Positions 51,176 to 64,000 of a stretch of DNA of 64,000 bases are shown in pieces. The stretch is from positions 116,808,001 through 116,872,000 of the forward strand of contig OX597814.1 of NCBI GenBank assembly GCA_951406725.2, written 5' to 3'. How positions within the stretch are numbered: the stretch's first letter is position 1; each line of letters begins with the position of its first letter. The translations under genes were made by a program, and so were the position numbers. This DNA is from Octopus vulgaris. Taxonomy: Eukaryota. The notes beneath the pieces were generated by a model that saw only the letters and a program-made list of their open reading frames with translations, searched no databases and had not been told where the DNA came from.

Positions 51176-53262
51176 ATACGAGGGATACTGCACAGGTTGA
51201 CATAGAGTTATGTTTCAATAACTGACGAACAAACTTTGAAATATTTTTTCCAAAAATCTAAAGATTGCAACCATCCGCCAATCAAATACTTTCTAATGTT
51301 AGCCCAAGCCCAAGAAATTGTTAGGCTGCATTAATCACTTAAAGCAATGCAAGTAACAGGTACCGTATTTTATCGGTCCCAGAGCCATGAAAGATAAATC
51401 TGGCTATAGTGCTTAAGGAGCAGAACAAATAACACAAGACATTTTGTTCGACACTCTAACAATTCTGTCCCCCATCCGCTCTGTATAATGGAATTTTAGT
51501 AATGAAAATAATTAGGGGAAAAAAGAATCATTGCAGATAAATTTGCTGATATGGATGGGTTTAGATAAGAATTAAACACATCGGAGTTAGAAAAGGAACA
51601 TTCTAAGGCGACTCTAACTTTTCATTATTTTTCTGTCCTTTATGATCACCTTTAAACAATATTCACCTTTAAGTGGCTATGAACGATCTCACCTTGTAGG
51701 TTACAGGCGATAAGCAAAAATTGTTATTGACTAAATAGATCAGCTAGATGTATCCACGTAGATAAAAAATGCCTTAGTAACCTTGAGGAAAATAAAAATA
51801 TAATCTACTAATATTATGTTTGATGACGAGATTACGATAGTAAAATTACACTTTAGAGATACGTCAGAAGTGACAAACGATACAAAGTACAGCTCACACA
51901 AATTAAGAAGAATGGTTCAAAGCATATAAACACAGCTAAGTAGAGAAATAATTCAATAGTAGTGGAGAAATAATTTAATAGCAGTAGTTGTATTGGGGGC
52001 TTGCGCTGTTACAGTACGTCGATGTATCCATCATTTGTTAGTGATTCCCCACTGTTCCTGGAGTATGACGCATTTGCACTGATCAGGTGACAACCTTCCA
52101 GCCCGTGAATCTGTCTGGGTACTCGTTGTCTGTGAGAATTTCACGAGGTCGGACTTCAAATCCTATCTCAATCGCTTTTAATCGCCTCGAGGTAACATTG
52201 GGTAAATTATTTGCCACTCCAGTCTCCAGACAGCATTAGAGCAATGCTCTGCTCATGAACGCACTACATCACCCGGTCCTAGAATAGAACCCACGATCGT
52301 CAGATCGTAAGTGCAGCACGCGAACCACTAGGTTTAGTGGTTAGGAGTTTCCACATAATAGATATAATTATATTATGCTTATTATAGAATATACAAAGAA
52401 TAATTATTGTTAAAAGATATTCAAGTAGGCTGATGGCAAAAGAAACTAAAAAGATTGCAAAGGAGAAAAACAAAGGATGCATTATCCACCAGACGTTGAC
52501 ACAAAAATTATGTTTACCACAATTACAGGGCAATAAGATTCCTTCCGAAATTGAAGAAAGAATTTGACATAACCACTACACGTATAAAACATTAACCTCC
52601 AAGAAATTTAAAATAGAGACTTAGGTTAGTAGATATGAGGACAAAATTGAAACAAATGTAGTAATAAAATATCTAAAATTGAATGGCCATAAACGGTAGA
52701 TACGAGGTTCACGATAGATACGAGATATGCCATTACCTGACCAATTCCTGAAACCACCAAACATTCAGAAAATAGATAACAGATTTCTCAGTTTCACTAG
52801 TAAAAGTATGTAATGTAGCAGAATACTTGCAGTGATTGCTGGACATCTTATGATGGGAAGAAATAAATAATCACGGCATTAATTCCAATCCAAGCAACAA
52901 TCACTTCCATTTTAATATAAATATTCAATACAATGAATGTCAACGCTTCTACAACATATAATCAAGAAAAGAATTCAACCTAACAATTGATAAAGTTAGA
53001 ACGGTCGTAAATACTCGGTCAATCCGCTAGAAGACAATACTGCATGCAAGCCATTAACACAGATACAGCTGGCAGTAGTGAAAAATTCACATGAAAGTAA
53101 TGAAAACACAGCATGATGCAAGAAATTAGGATTTCAGATTAACACTGTTCTATTAAGGAAGTAATCAACCTATACTTTAACATCAACATCAATCTCTGAC
53201 TGGTACTTATCTGTTTGGCAATATTAGCAATCAAAATCGAACTCTGGTATGGAAAGCAAACA

Positions 53263-53430
53263 GGCGCAGGAGTGGCTGTGTGGTAAGTAGCTTGCTTACC
53301 AACCACAGGGTTCCGGATTCATTCCCACTGCGTGGCACCTTGGGCAAGTGTCTTCTACTATAGCCTCGGGCCGACCAAAGCCTTGTGAGTGGATTTGGTA
53401 GACGGAAACTGGAAGACGCTTGTCGTATAA

Positions 53431-53471
<41 letters not shown>

Positions 53472-53710
53472 TGTGTGTATGTGTGTATATGTTTGTATGT
53501 CTGTGTTTGCTCCCCCAATATCGCTTGACAATCGATGCTGGTGTGTTTACATGCCCGTGACCTAGCGGTTCGGCAAAAGGAACCGATAGAATAAATACTA
53601 GGCTTACAAAGACTAAGTCCTGGGGTCGATTTGCTCGACTAAAGGCGGTGCTGCAGCATGGCCGCAGTCAAATGACTGAAACAAGTAAAAGAGAGAGAAA
53701 AGAGAGAGAA
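53263..53710 (+). mobile_element. SINE family A, complete copy
   Basis: tRNA-like head, ACCTTGGGCAAGT core, internal (TA)n(TG)n, tail GGCGGTGCTGCAGCATGGCCGCAGTCAAATGACTGAAAC shared with the CR1-group LINE end. Confidence 0.9.
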
Positions 53711-54364
53711 TAATAACTAGAACTAAGAATAGTTCGAGTTATTAGTTGAAGTTAATAACTGTATTTACTTGAGTGATGATGAAATGTTTTGTAATATATT
53801 TTTTATCAGAATTTCGGAAACATTGAAATATAATAACAATAGAAAATATACTTGAGATATATGTATTAATCAATTATTGGTTGACAAAACTTAGAACAAA
53901 CAGACCTTGGAATCTATTTAATTATGAATAAACCTAAAGGTCGCAAGTAAATATCAGATAAATCTAATTTTTACTCTTCTTTCGTGTTTTCCAAGTTTTT
54001 GATCATTACTCTTTCTACCATCCTTTTTCTCTCTCTTCCACTAAGTATACTGGCTCTATTCCAACTGATTTTCACAGTTAAGAAAATTCACTTAAGCGGG
54101 TACACGATTTTGCCTCGATAGGAAGTGTATATGTGTGTGTTAGTGGATGTGAAGCAGTGTATAGACGTGACCTCATGCTGACTTTTTTTTTGTTTTCTCC
54201 CGATTATAGACTCGTTGGTAGCGATATTGTCGATTATTTTATTGTTATCTAACTATCTATAAAATTACGGTATGTTACAATGTAGGAAATCCGCGTAATT
54301 GTAAACAACTGTAGCCTAGTGCAATTATCATAGGGCTTAGTGTTATTTCCTCTGTAAATATGGT

Positions 54365-54405
<41 letters not shown>

Positions 54406-56999
54406 GAGAGAGAGAGAGTGTGAGAGAGAGAGAGAGAGAGAGAGGGATATTGTTTTGACCTCGAAATTCTTATATGTTTTCGTATGTGCCAAGCTAATTA
54501 AAAACAATAGTAGCTAAGTTATCTTAACTGGAAACCTAATGGATAACTTTCTAATTGTGGACGGATATATACTACTACGTAGATTTCAGTACAACAAAAA
54601 TGAACCTTTTTATCTCCTAATCAAAGAAAAGCGTTTCACGCGCACACTTTCTGTACAGCACTTATTCGTTTGGTTTGATTTGCAAATGAAGGAACAGAAA
54701 CATCATAACGAATCTTTTAACACCGACAAAAGGGACACTGATGCTTTTAAATAAAGTATATTTTCTTATTACAAGTTTGTGGTTACGGAGTTGACTTTTA
54801 TTTTATTTCATAACACTTGAAAGTTAAGGCAGGTCACAAAATCAAATTAAGTATGCACTGAGCAAACCTCTACTGAATACACATTTCATTACATCAGTTT
54901 TACTACATTAGCAGTATTGTGGTAAGGTATTTGCTTCAACGAGAAGGAAGGACGCACATTCGGATTAAAATGATATCGTTATCGGCTTACTTGCAAATGC
55001 AAACAATAGAGACAAAGATCCTAAATGCCAAACGTACATAATACATATACAGAACAAATATACATGCAGACTGAAAAGCCTGTGCGTACCTTCTTACAAA
55101 CAGAGTTTCAAATAAACACACAAAGCGGCACGTTCTTGTGTAGCATATTGGCATACATACAGTTGGTTTTGTGAGTACGTGCCGAAGAGACAAACCACAT
55201 AAGCTCGAGGTATCAACAAAAGGAAATCAACCAGAAAATGCGCATATTGCAATTACAATCTATAAGTGAAACACTAGAAATATGTAAAGATTTTCCCGTA
55301 ATTAAAATGTAAATTTGTTTTTGTTATGTACATTATAACGACTGAACTTTGCTTTGTATCTTTGTTAGAAACAAGCTCCTACCATACAGGAAATGTTCAA
55401 ATCATTATGACCAGATGCATACAAATATACATACCTACATATATACCTACAAATAATGTACATACATACCTACATATATACATACATACATCCGTACATA
55501 CAAACATACGTACGTGCATACATACATGTATACGCGCATACATACATGTATAAGTAAATTGTTATAGTGGTAATTAAACGTGAATATTAAATTTCAGAGA
55601 CGTACTTGCCGAGCAAGTGATTTTATGTTAGACCATGATGCGTTCAGGTTAAACCAATTAAAACGTGCAAGACGCATATTCTCTACAAAAATGGTTGACA
55701 CCATTTAAACATTTATTATTTGATGTCAAAGTTTCGTCGCACTAGCTGCCAAATGACCATTGGCACTGCAAGTAAAGTTAACAGTTTTTGTGTGTGTTTG
55801 TGTTTCAATGGTTAATGTGCATCTTTCGAAACGTAATGAGAATATTTATATAAGAGAAAACAATTAAGAATTTTATGTTGTAGCTTAGTCTTCTAGATAT
55901 AGCAGGTAAGCTTCCTTTAAATTACATCCCTTAGGCTTTGAAACACATAAGAGAGTGTGATGGTAACATACTGTGTAACGGGCAACTGGAATATCATAGC
56001 TATAGCATTTCTTATCACAGGTCTGATCAGACAGAACTGGCCTGTAGTTAAAGAACTCCAGCGGCATCCTTGTGATATACTCCGAATAGTGAGAACAATA
56101 AAGAAATAAGCTACACGAAGAGATAATAATGAAGTAAAGAAAGACGTGTATACAAAAATAATCGATACACAAAGAATTCAGCGTGATTCTTATCGTAGAA
56201 ATTTAACGTAATTTTGTCAGTAATTGTACCTGCTTATATTTTCATCATTGCTTCAACTGGTTGTGATTGTTTAAATGATGTGTTACCAGAATAAGCAAGC
56301 TAATGTTTCTCTAATCTCACTTTACGGAGTTAACTGCATCAGGACCTGACTTTGTTCTGAAAATGGTCGGTAAAATGTATACTAGTAATCTTCTGAGGTT
56401 AATTATAATCTCCATAATGGCTGCCTTTTCAAAATTGCTAGTCGGCCTCTGCAAAAACAAAATCAATATTTTCCCTTCTGTTCGCAGAGTAATAAAACGA
56501 AGTGATACAACTTTATTTCCAACGATTGACGTGTCGCCATGGAGATGCTTCTTGGTTATATTCTGTCAGAATTACTCTCTGCAGACTAATAAATGACTTT
56601 CTATCTTTATCATCACTAAATATTTTATCAAAATAGATTTACTGCAATTTTGTGGTCGGTAAGCAGTACTAAAGTCTTCCATGAACATTTTACTTCATGC
56701 TGGTATCTTAAAAACAAAATTTTTCTGCTACTGATCTTGTCAAGAGGCGTGGGCTATGCCATCTGTTTCCTAGACTTAACGGTACCGGAGTGATTAAGCT
56801 CATTGATGATCAATTTTAACCATTATGTCAACGGCTGTAGATAAAACGCCCATGCACAGAAACTGATTCCACTGTACTGGTTGGCATTCGTAGGAGGAAA
56901 GACTGGGATTAATGAAGGAGTGAATATATAGAGTGAACGCTACATCGGAGATATATTAGGGTGGTGTCGCTTGACAACCAAAAAAAAAAAAAACAATGA

Positions 57000-57560
57000 G
57001 GCATTCAACATCACCATCCAAATTCTACCCATTTTCATTGGAGATAAAACAATGAACGAAATTTTGGGCTCACAAAATTATCAACAGCAAAATGCAACCG
57101 AAATCATTGAAAAAATATAAACCGGCGCAAGACTATATCTGTTAACAACAGAACCAAAAGTGGAAAAATGCAGGTCGCCTAACTGTGGCACATGCCCCCA
57201 CCTTTTGAAGGGTGCGGAATTTCACTTCAAGCAAGATGAAATATTTACAATAAAGTCAAATTTTACTTGTGCCTCTGAAAACTTAATCTATGCTATTACT
57301 TGCTTAGGTTGCGGAAACAACTATATAGGCCAAACGTGAATGTCCCTCAGACGGAGAACAACACTTTACAAACATAGAATCGGCTTCCCACAATATAGTT
57401 AGTGAACACATAGAAAGATGTTCTAGAAACGTTAAACCAAACTTCCTAATGTTCGTTCTTTATCAACGTTCCCAGAACATCTAAGTACAGCAAAGACTAA
57501 ATAAAGTGACAAATTCCATTAATAAATATCAACCACAATTTAACATAAATACACAACTTA
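57000..57560 (+). pseudogene. Penelope-like element GIY-YIG endonuclease fragment
   Basis: In frame from 57169: CRSPNCGTCPHL..FTCASENLIYAITCLGCGNNYIGQT*; Cys-rich linker plus GIY-YIG motif with an in-frame stop. Confidence 0.85.
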
Positions 57561-57955
57561 ATGCAGGACACTAATTAATACAGGCCACTGCTAACCCTAC
57601 TAATACCAATAATCCCACTAATCCGTATACTTCTCATATACTATTCATGTTCTATTAATCATTATTTAACTTAATTGCACAAAATTTTAGAACTGCTTAC
57701 TTCCTTGGCATGCAATCTATTCACTCAGTTACTATTAGACTCAAAACAGTTTGGAAATTAGCATTGCTTCAAAGTCAGTGAACAACGATGGCGAAATTTT
57801 ATGCTTTTTGATTCCACCCCAAATCATTTATTTGAATGTATGTATATTTGTTTTTTTATTAAAAACTCATTATTTTTATATCTAGTGGGCATTTTCTTTT
57901 TACTTTTTACTCTTTGCTTATTTATACCACATTTAGTCTTCTTTGAATCCCGTTT

Positions 57956-58010
<55 letters not shown>

Positions 58011-58277
58011 AGGATAAAATCGTTAATATAAAATAAAATAATGATCTTATCAAGTGGCCATTATGGAAAAAATAAACTTCAAAGGTAATACTTATTAAAA
58101 TTATAAATTAGGGTATCTACGTAATTTTTTTACTAGTTTTATCTTGTCTTTTCGTCTTATCTCCGTTTTGCTATATGAACACTTAAGGTGGTTTTAGAGT
58201 CAGATCATGGTTGCTATTTTTAGCATGGCGGTATCTCGTAGATACCCTAAGTTATAAATTTAATTATAAATATATAT

Positions 58278-58470
58278 ATCGTTAGCCATTACACACATTT
58301 TTGCTCTCCTTGTTTTCTCTCCTTCTTTCTCTCCTTGTTTTTTCTGTGTCCCTTTCCGTAGAAGAGCGTAGGCTCGAAACGGAAAAGACTTTTTTCTATT
58401 CCTGAGCGTTATACTAATACATCTGTTTGTTTTGTGCACACCTGTCTTCGTCATTTTTTTTTATTTCCCT
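58278..58470 (+). mobile_element. Short TA-embedded Penelope-like repeat with hammerhead-like motif at 58352-58387
   Basis: Family match to 13705-13907. Confidence 0.7.
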
Positions 58471-59404
58471 AGATATATATATATGTATATATTTACAAGT
58501 GAGTGTGGACAGATGAAAGAAAAGGGAATTGATCTAATTTATTAGGAATTACATGTATTATGTAAACCAGTTTGATTCGGTTCCGTGCGACTTTCGCAAA
58601 GGCAGATTCTGGTGAAGGTCCAATTTGTGTATACACGCTGCATAGAATTATAGTCTGTGGTAAATACCTTGTTTTTATATACAATTGGCATCAAGACATG
58701 AAGTTAAGGATCATACAAACTAATTTCAAACCTAATATGGGTTTTGTTGTGCAATTAATGACCGTCTTTAACTGACTAGGAACAGAAGCCGAATAGAACC
58801 ATTTGCATATTGCTTGGAATTAAAAGTGACTACAACGATTCCGTCAGCTGATATTTATTTGGATTTTTATGTTATTTATTTATTTATAATTCCGATAAAA
58901 TAATAAAAGACATTAATAATAAATTCTCGCTTTGCAGTCAATTTACCACTTTAACACCGAGTAATATACATTTTTTAAACGAAATCTTAAAGTTTTTAAA
59001 ATTGCTTTCACATTTTTATTACTATATTTTAGTGTCTGATTTTCGGAATACAATAAATCATATATTTGTTTAATATTATTAACTGTAGAAAACCAGAGCT
59101 AATTTAATTTGTATAATATGATTGTTAACTCTTTTCCCCCTCTAAAATTCATTGGAGTTCTTCATTCTCTAATGGACCAGCAAATATCCAGTGGATGATA
59201 TTGATGTTTGTGGTAAAGTATTATCTGTTAAATATTATCATTTCATTAAACTATGATTCGTTTAATTTAAATCTTACATTATTTCTGATTTAATAGTGCA
59301 ATGCCATTATCAAATAATGATGATTATGTGAGAGAATGTTGATATTGAAGATGATGGAAATGATGATGATTATGATAATGGTGAGGACAATAATAACTAT
59401 GATG

Positions 59405-59499
<95 letters not shown>

Positions 59500-59515
59500 A
59501 ATAATAATGATGATG

Positions 59516-59594
<79 letters not shown>

Positions 59595-59595
<1 letters not shown>

Positions 59596-60460
59596 CAGGA
59601 AAACATCATACCCAGTAACAAAACAGGCATGGAAATATCTAAGTGAATTCAACATACAACAAATCCCAGAATTAGACGTACTGAAAACAAGCACAGAAAA
59701 AGCTAAGAGTATGAAAACCCGTGCTAAAAGCTGCTGCCTCAAATTTTCTTATTGATAAATGGGAAGAAAAACTTCCCAAAGGTAAATACTCAAACAGGGC
59801 TAATAATTCCGATGTTGACACATCAGTGGTTTGTGTCATCTGATTTAGAATCAGAATCAGAAGGGTTTATCATAGAGCCCAAGATCAATGCCTACACACA
59901 AGGAGCTATCAGGCCGACATATTAAAGAACAACAGTAGCCCAATATGTAATGTATGTAAGCAACAAAATGAAACCATCTATCATGTCTCCATGTGCAGTC
60001 TTCTGGCACCTAAACAGTACCTCATACAGTATCTTTTGTATGAGTACCGTAACTGCAAATATCTTGTGGGCCACTGTTTTATTGAATTGAGAGAGTCATG
60101 AGTTCCAAACGTTCTGTATTCAGCTGTAATATTGTTTAGTGACACATGTTTTGTTACAGGTGTCGTTGTAAGATATATTTTCGTCCACCCTAAGATATTT
60201 GTAACATTGCTCGTCAGATATAGCGAAAACAGTCAAATCATTGATGGAGATGTTGCTAGTCTGATTTATAGTTTTCCCCTTTTCACAATCATAGAAGAAC
60301 GTTTATCCTGACCAACCTCCAACACTACATCCGTTGAGGATGTTGTAACTAGGTCTATGCTCTTTTACATCACATGCATATTCTTTGTATAAAGTTTCAA
60401 GCGATCCACAGAGAAGCAGTGTGCAATTTTGGTATCTTTGTTTCCTTGTGAACCAGTGAT
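59595..60460. mobile_element. Rearranged R4/Dong-like fragments
   Basis: Plus strand 59595-60025: HQW..SESEGFI..QDQCLHTRSYQADI plus Cys finger. Minus strand 60026-60460: VDRLKLY..GQDK..YKYL. Adjacent to (TAA)n/(TGA)n. Confidence 0.7.
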
Positions 60461-60930
60461 TTGTATGTATGTAAGTCATTATTCAGTTTATTTCAAGATT
60501 TCTTGCCTATAGAGAAAGAACGGGTTTCTAAACTAGATCCAAGGTTCCTTCATTGGAATTTCAAAATCAACACCAGGGTATTTTTGTCTGTATGTATGTA
60601 TGTATGTGTGTATGTATGTATGTGTGTATGTATGTGTATGTATGTATGTCAGAATGTATGTTCAGATTTGTATTGTTTTTTATATGCATTGTCATCCATA
60701 TAGTTACATATCTAGACATGCTCATATGTATGTATTTATCGAGGGATGTATGAGTATGTGGGTATATATGTATATGTGAAGTTTTGTACGTTTTGTTTAT
60801 GTATGTATGTATTCTTATGCATATAATTTCATATCTAGACATACTCATATGAATGTATGTATGTAGGTATGTATGTACGTATGCATGTATGTACTTGTAT
60901 ATATATATATACATATATATATATACATAC

Positions 60931-60963
<33 letters not shown>

Positions 60964-61789
60964 ATATATATTGTCTGAATTATTGTACATCTGTTATATA
61001 TATACAGATAAATACTGTATTCAGGATTTGGGTTTGAATTAATATATTTAATTAGCACCTTTCACCCTTTCCTGGATTAATTATAACTGATTTCTTACAG
61101 AATATTAATGGCTCTTCTATATATGTGGAGTAATTGAGAAAAAAGTAGTGCTGAATCTGATTTGTTGGGATTTGGAAATAAGGTGTTTTCGAAGTGGTTA
61201 TTTGTAATGTTGTTTGTCATTTTGAATCTAGAGATGTGTGAGTGTGTATATGGGAGTATACATACGTTTCTATGTGTGTAAACGTGTATGTGATTGTGCA
61301 GTAAATCGTTAAAGTATACATACGTGGAAGATTTTTGGAGATTGATTATATAGAGAATAAACAAAATAAAAGGAAGAGAGGAAGGAAAAAACTTAGAAGA
61401 AAAGAAAGATAGATAGAAAGAAAGGTGTGTTGAAATTGATGACAGGCGAAAGAGGTCAAATCATCATTTCTTTTATTAATTGCAATACATTTATTTTAGT
61501 TATTGTGTGTCACTGAAAAATCTTACTTTGTTCTATTGTCATCTTACCCAGCTGTAGAAAATAGAATCAATCACACTTTGGGGAGGCTTTCAAATTTGTA
61601 TGTCTGTGTCTTTTGGCCTGTGCGTGTGAAAGAGAGTGTTTGTTGTTTAAGTGAATTCTTCCAGTTATTTTAGTAACGAGTATGGGAAACATTATTAATA
61701 ATAATACCCAACGGTAATGTGGGTTCGTTTCCTCTGTGAAAGTAACTCTTTAAAGAAGGAATTCCGCATTTTTCATAAATATATTTTAG

Positions 61790-62187
61790 CGTGTTTTATA
61801 TAGTTCCATTGTCTTTCAGTAATTTGGATATCACTTCGGCATTTGTAGACAGGTGAGATCGTGAAGCAACTGTTTCAGATGTTAGCTCAACGGAATCTGT
61901 CGTAATTCTTTTTGTTTCATGTGTTGTTTATTGATTCTTAATCGTTGGCAAAGTCTAATGATAGTTTCTCCGATATAATTCTCTTGGGGCAGTTTTACAG
62001 TATACGGTATTCAGTGTGTGGCAGTTCATATCTACATTTTTTAGAAAGAGAATCCACTTTCAAATTTGATATAGCAATCCGTATCAAAATACCTGATATT
62101 GTTATTACTGTATATACGCGGTTTCTGTTCTCTCCACATTCCTTCACGGAGAATTCTAAATTATTTCCGGATGTGAGATGTTTTTAA
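61790..62187 (-). pseudogene. Decayed Penelope-like GIY-YIG fragment
   Basis: Minus-strand ENYIGETIIRLCQRLRINKQH..RQIPLS*HL. Confidence 0.65.
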
Positions 62188-62196
62188 GATACAATA

Positions 62197-62240
<44 letters not shown>

Positions 62241-62319
62241 TACACACACACTCGTACACACACGGGTACATACACACACTCACACAAACAAACAAATATA
62301 CAAACATTCATACTTACAT

Positions 62320-62640
62320 GTATATAACTGAGAATGTGTGTCTGGCTGTCTGTATGTGTACATCACTAAAACTCGAGAAATACCCGACCAGTTTCATTCA
62401 AATTTTATACATGCATTACTTAGGCTCAATGCAGCGGCATGGGTCAAACAAATTCTCAAACTATTGCGTAATGCGAGCCCGGAGCAATCTTTTGGACTAT
62501 TTCTGTGTTACGTGTCAAAAGGGAAATAATAACATTTCTATTGTAATGTGCGATCATATTTTCAGTTTTAACAATTCCACTATTAATACTTTCACTACAT
62601 ACATCGTGAAAGTATTAATACACTCAATATTATCTCAGAT
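62320..62640 (+). mobile_element. Possible non-autonomous Helitron-like repeat, 5' part
   Basis: TGTCTG microrepeat followed by AAAACTCGAGAA..TTTCATTCAAATTTTATAC, reminiscent of HINE/DINE-type elements; no 3' hairpin seen. Confidence 0.35.
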
Positions 62641-62664
62641 ATCTACATGCATACACATATGTGT

Positions 62665-62766
<102 letters not shown>

Positions 62767-62974
62767 AATATATATATATACATATATATGTATATATATT
62801 ATATATATACATATATATATGCATGTATGCATGCTTCTATATGTATTTATATATATGCATATATATGATTGTATATGTGTATATATACATATACATGTAC
62901 ATATACATATATATATATATATTTATAAACATATATATGTATATATATATATACATGTCTATGTATGTATATAC

Positions 62975-63046
<72 letters not shown>

Positions 63047-63050
<4 letters not shown>

Positions 63051-63234
63051 AGAGTTTACGAAAACAAAACAAAACACGAAGACAGGTGGTGTACAAAACA
63101 AATAGATGTATTAGTATAACGGTCAGGAATAGAAAACATCTTTTACGTTTCGCGCCTACTCTCTTCTACGGAAAGGAACACAAAAACAAAGGGAGAAAAA
63201 AATGTATGTTGTGGCTAACGATCTATCATGGCGA

Positions 63235-63235
<1 letters not shown>
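63047..63235 (-). mobile_element. Short TA-embedded Penelope-like repeat with hammerhead-like motif at 63140-63175
   Basis: Family match to 13705-13907. Confidence 0.7.
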
Positions 63236-63279
<44 letters not shown>

Positions 63280-63425
63280 ACGACGGGCTTCTTTCAATTT
63301 CCGTCTACCAAATCGTCTCAGAAGTCTTTTGTCGGCTCGATTCTACAGTAGAAGTTACTTGCCCAAAGTGCGATGCAGCGGGACTGAACCCTGAACCATG
63401 TGGTTGGAAAGGAAGTCTCTTACCA
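63280..63425 (-). mobile_element. SINE family A, 5' part
   Basis: CGACGGGCTTCTTTCAATTTCCGTCTACC..ACTTGCCCAAAGTG..GAACCATGTGG. Confidence 0.75.
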
Positions 63426-64000
63426 CTCAATATATATTCATATACATATATCCATCTATTTTCGTATTTCTCTCATTAACCATTTTATGCTAAATTCGAT
63501 CTCTAAAGATTTTCTCAGTCGTTTCCTATTTGACGATAAACATGATGCTGACGTTTTTGGCAACAGTTATCTCTACTTTAAACAATTTCGCATTTTTATT
63601 AATTTCTGATGTTGCATGTATCTCTCTCCTCCTATCTATTATCAACGATTTGATTTTTCCTTTTGTGTTACTGAAAGTACATAATCTCTCCACATTCACT
63701 GGCCAATATAGTTTACGCAATTTCATTCGTACAAGCAATACCGTTCCTTTATCTGCCTCTCTTTGTTTGTTTGTTTGTTTGTTTCTTTCTTTCGTTCTTT
63801 CTTTCTTTCTTTCTTTCTATTTCCCTCTCTCATATTCACTCTGGTCTCCACTCACATTTTACCCATACCTAGTAAGGATACTCTACTCCCGATCTCCAAA
63901 TTCTCCACTCCCATCCAATCATACAATGCTCCATGGTCAAACGCGAAAGCTTTTGTCTAGATTGGTCAGTTACTTTTAAGATAAAGGTGGTGTCTGCTTT

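Noticed and set aside
60520-60562. Hammerhead-like motif with CCAATGA core (related repeat at 31474-31516)
   Set aside because: Too many core deviations and a weak stem II.

Overview
AT-rich, microsatellite-saturated animal DNA. The repeat families look like octopus/coleoid cephalopod (inference). I find no intact host protein-coding gene, and nearly all ORFs in the track are translations of (TA)n, (CA)n, (TAA)n or (GAA)n. The window is a retroelement graveyard: a frameshifted near-full-length R4/Dong-type RLE LINE (45.7-49.9 kb, minus), a decayed CR1-group LINE (25.0-26.85 kb), Penelope-like RT and GIY-YIG fragments, several tRNA-headed SINE families, a mariner remnant, a TA-flanked MITE and a non-autonomous Helitron. 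The highlights are non-coding. (1) Two full-length U6 snRNA copies are each fused to a short 3' tail that matches the end of the CR1-group LINE in this window, suggesting U6-LINE chimeras or a U6-headed SINE. (2) About 15 minimal type-I hammerhead ribozyme motifs sit in TA-embedded Penelope-like repeats, including two long inverted repeats with one ribozyme per strand, a tandem pair, and a family with a non-canonical core. (3) A SINE family shares its 3' tail with a Tx1/L1-clade LINE that is itself inserted in another SINE's head. (4) A two-donor templated insertion interrupts the R4 element. All calls were made by eye; many boundaries are approximate.
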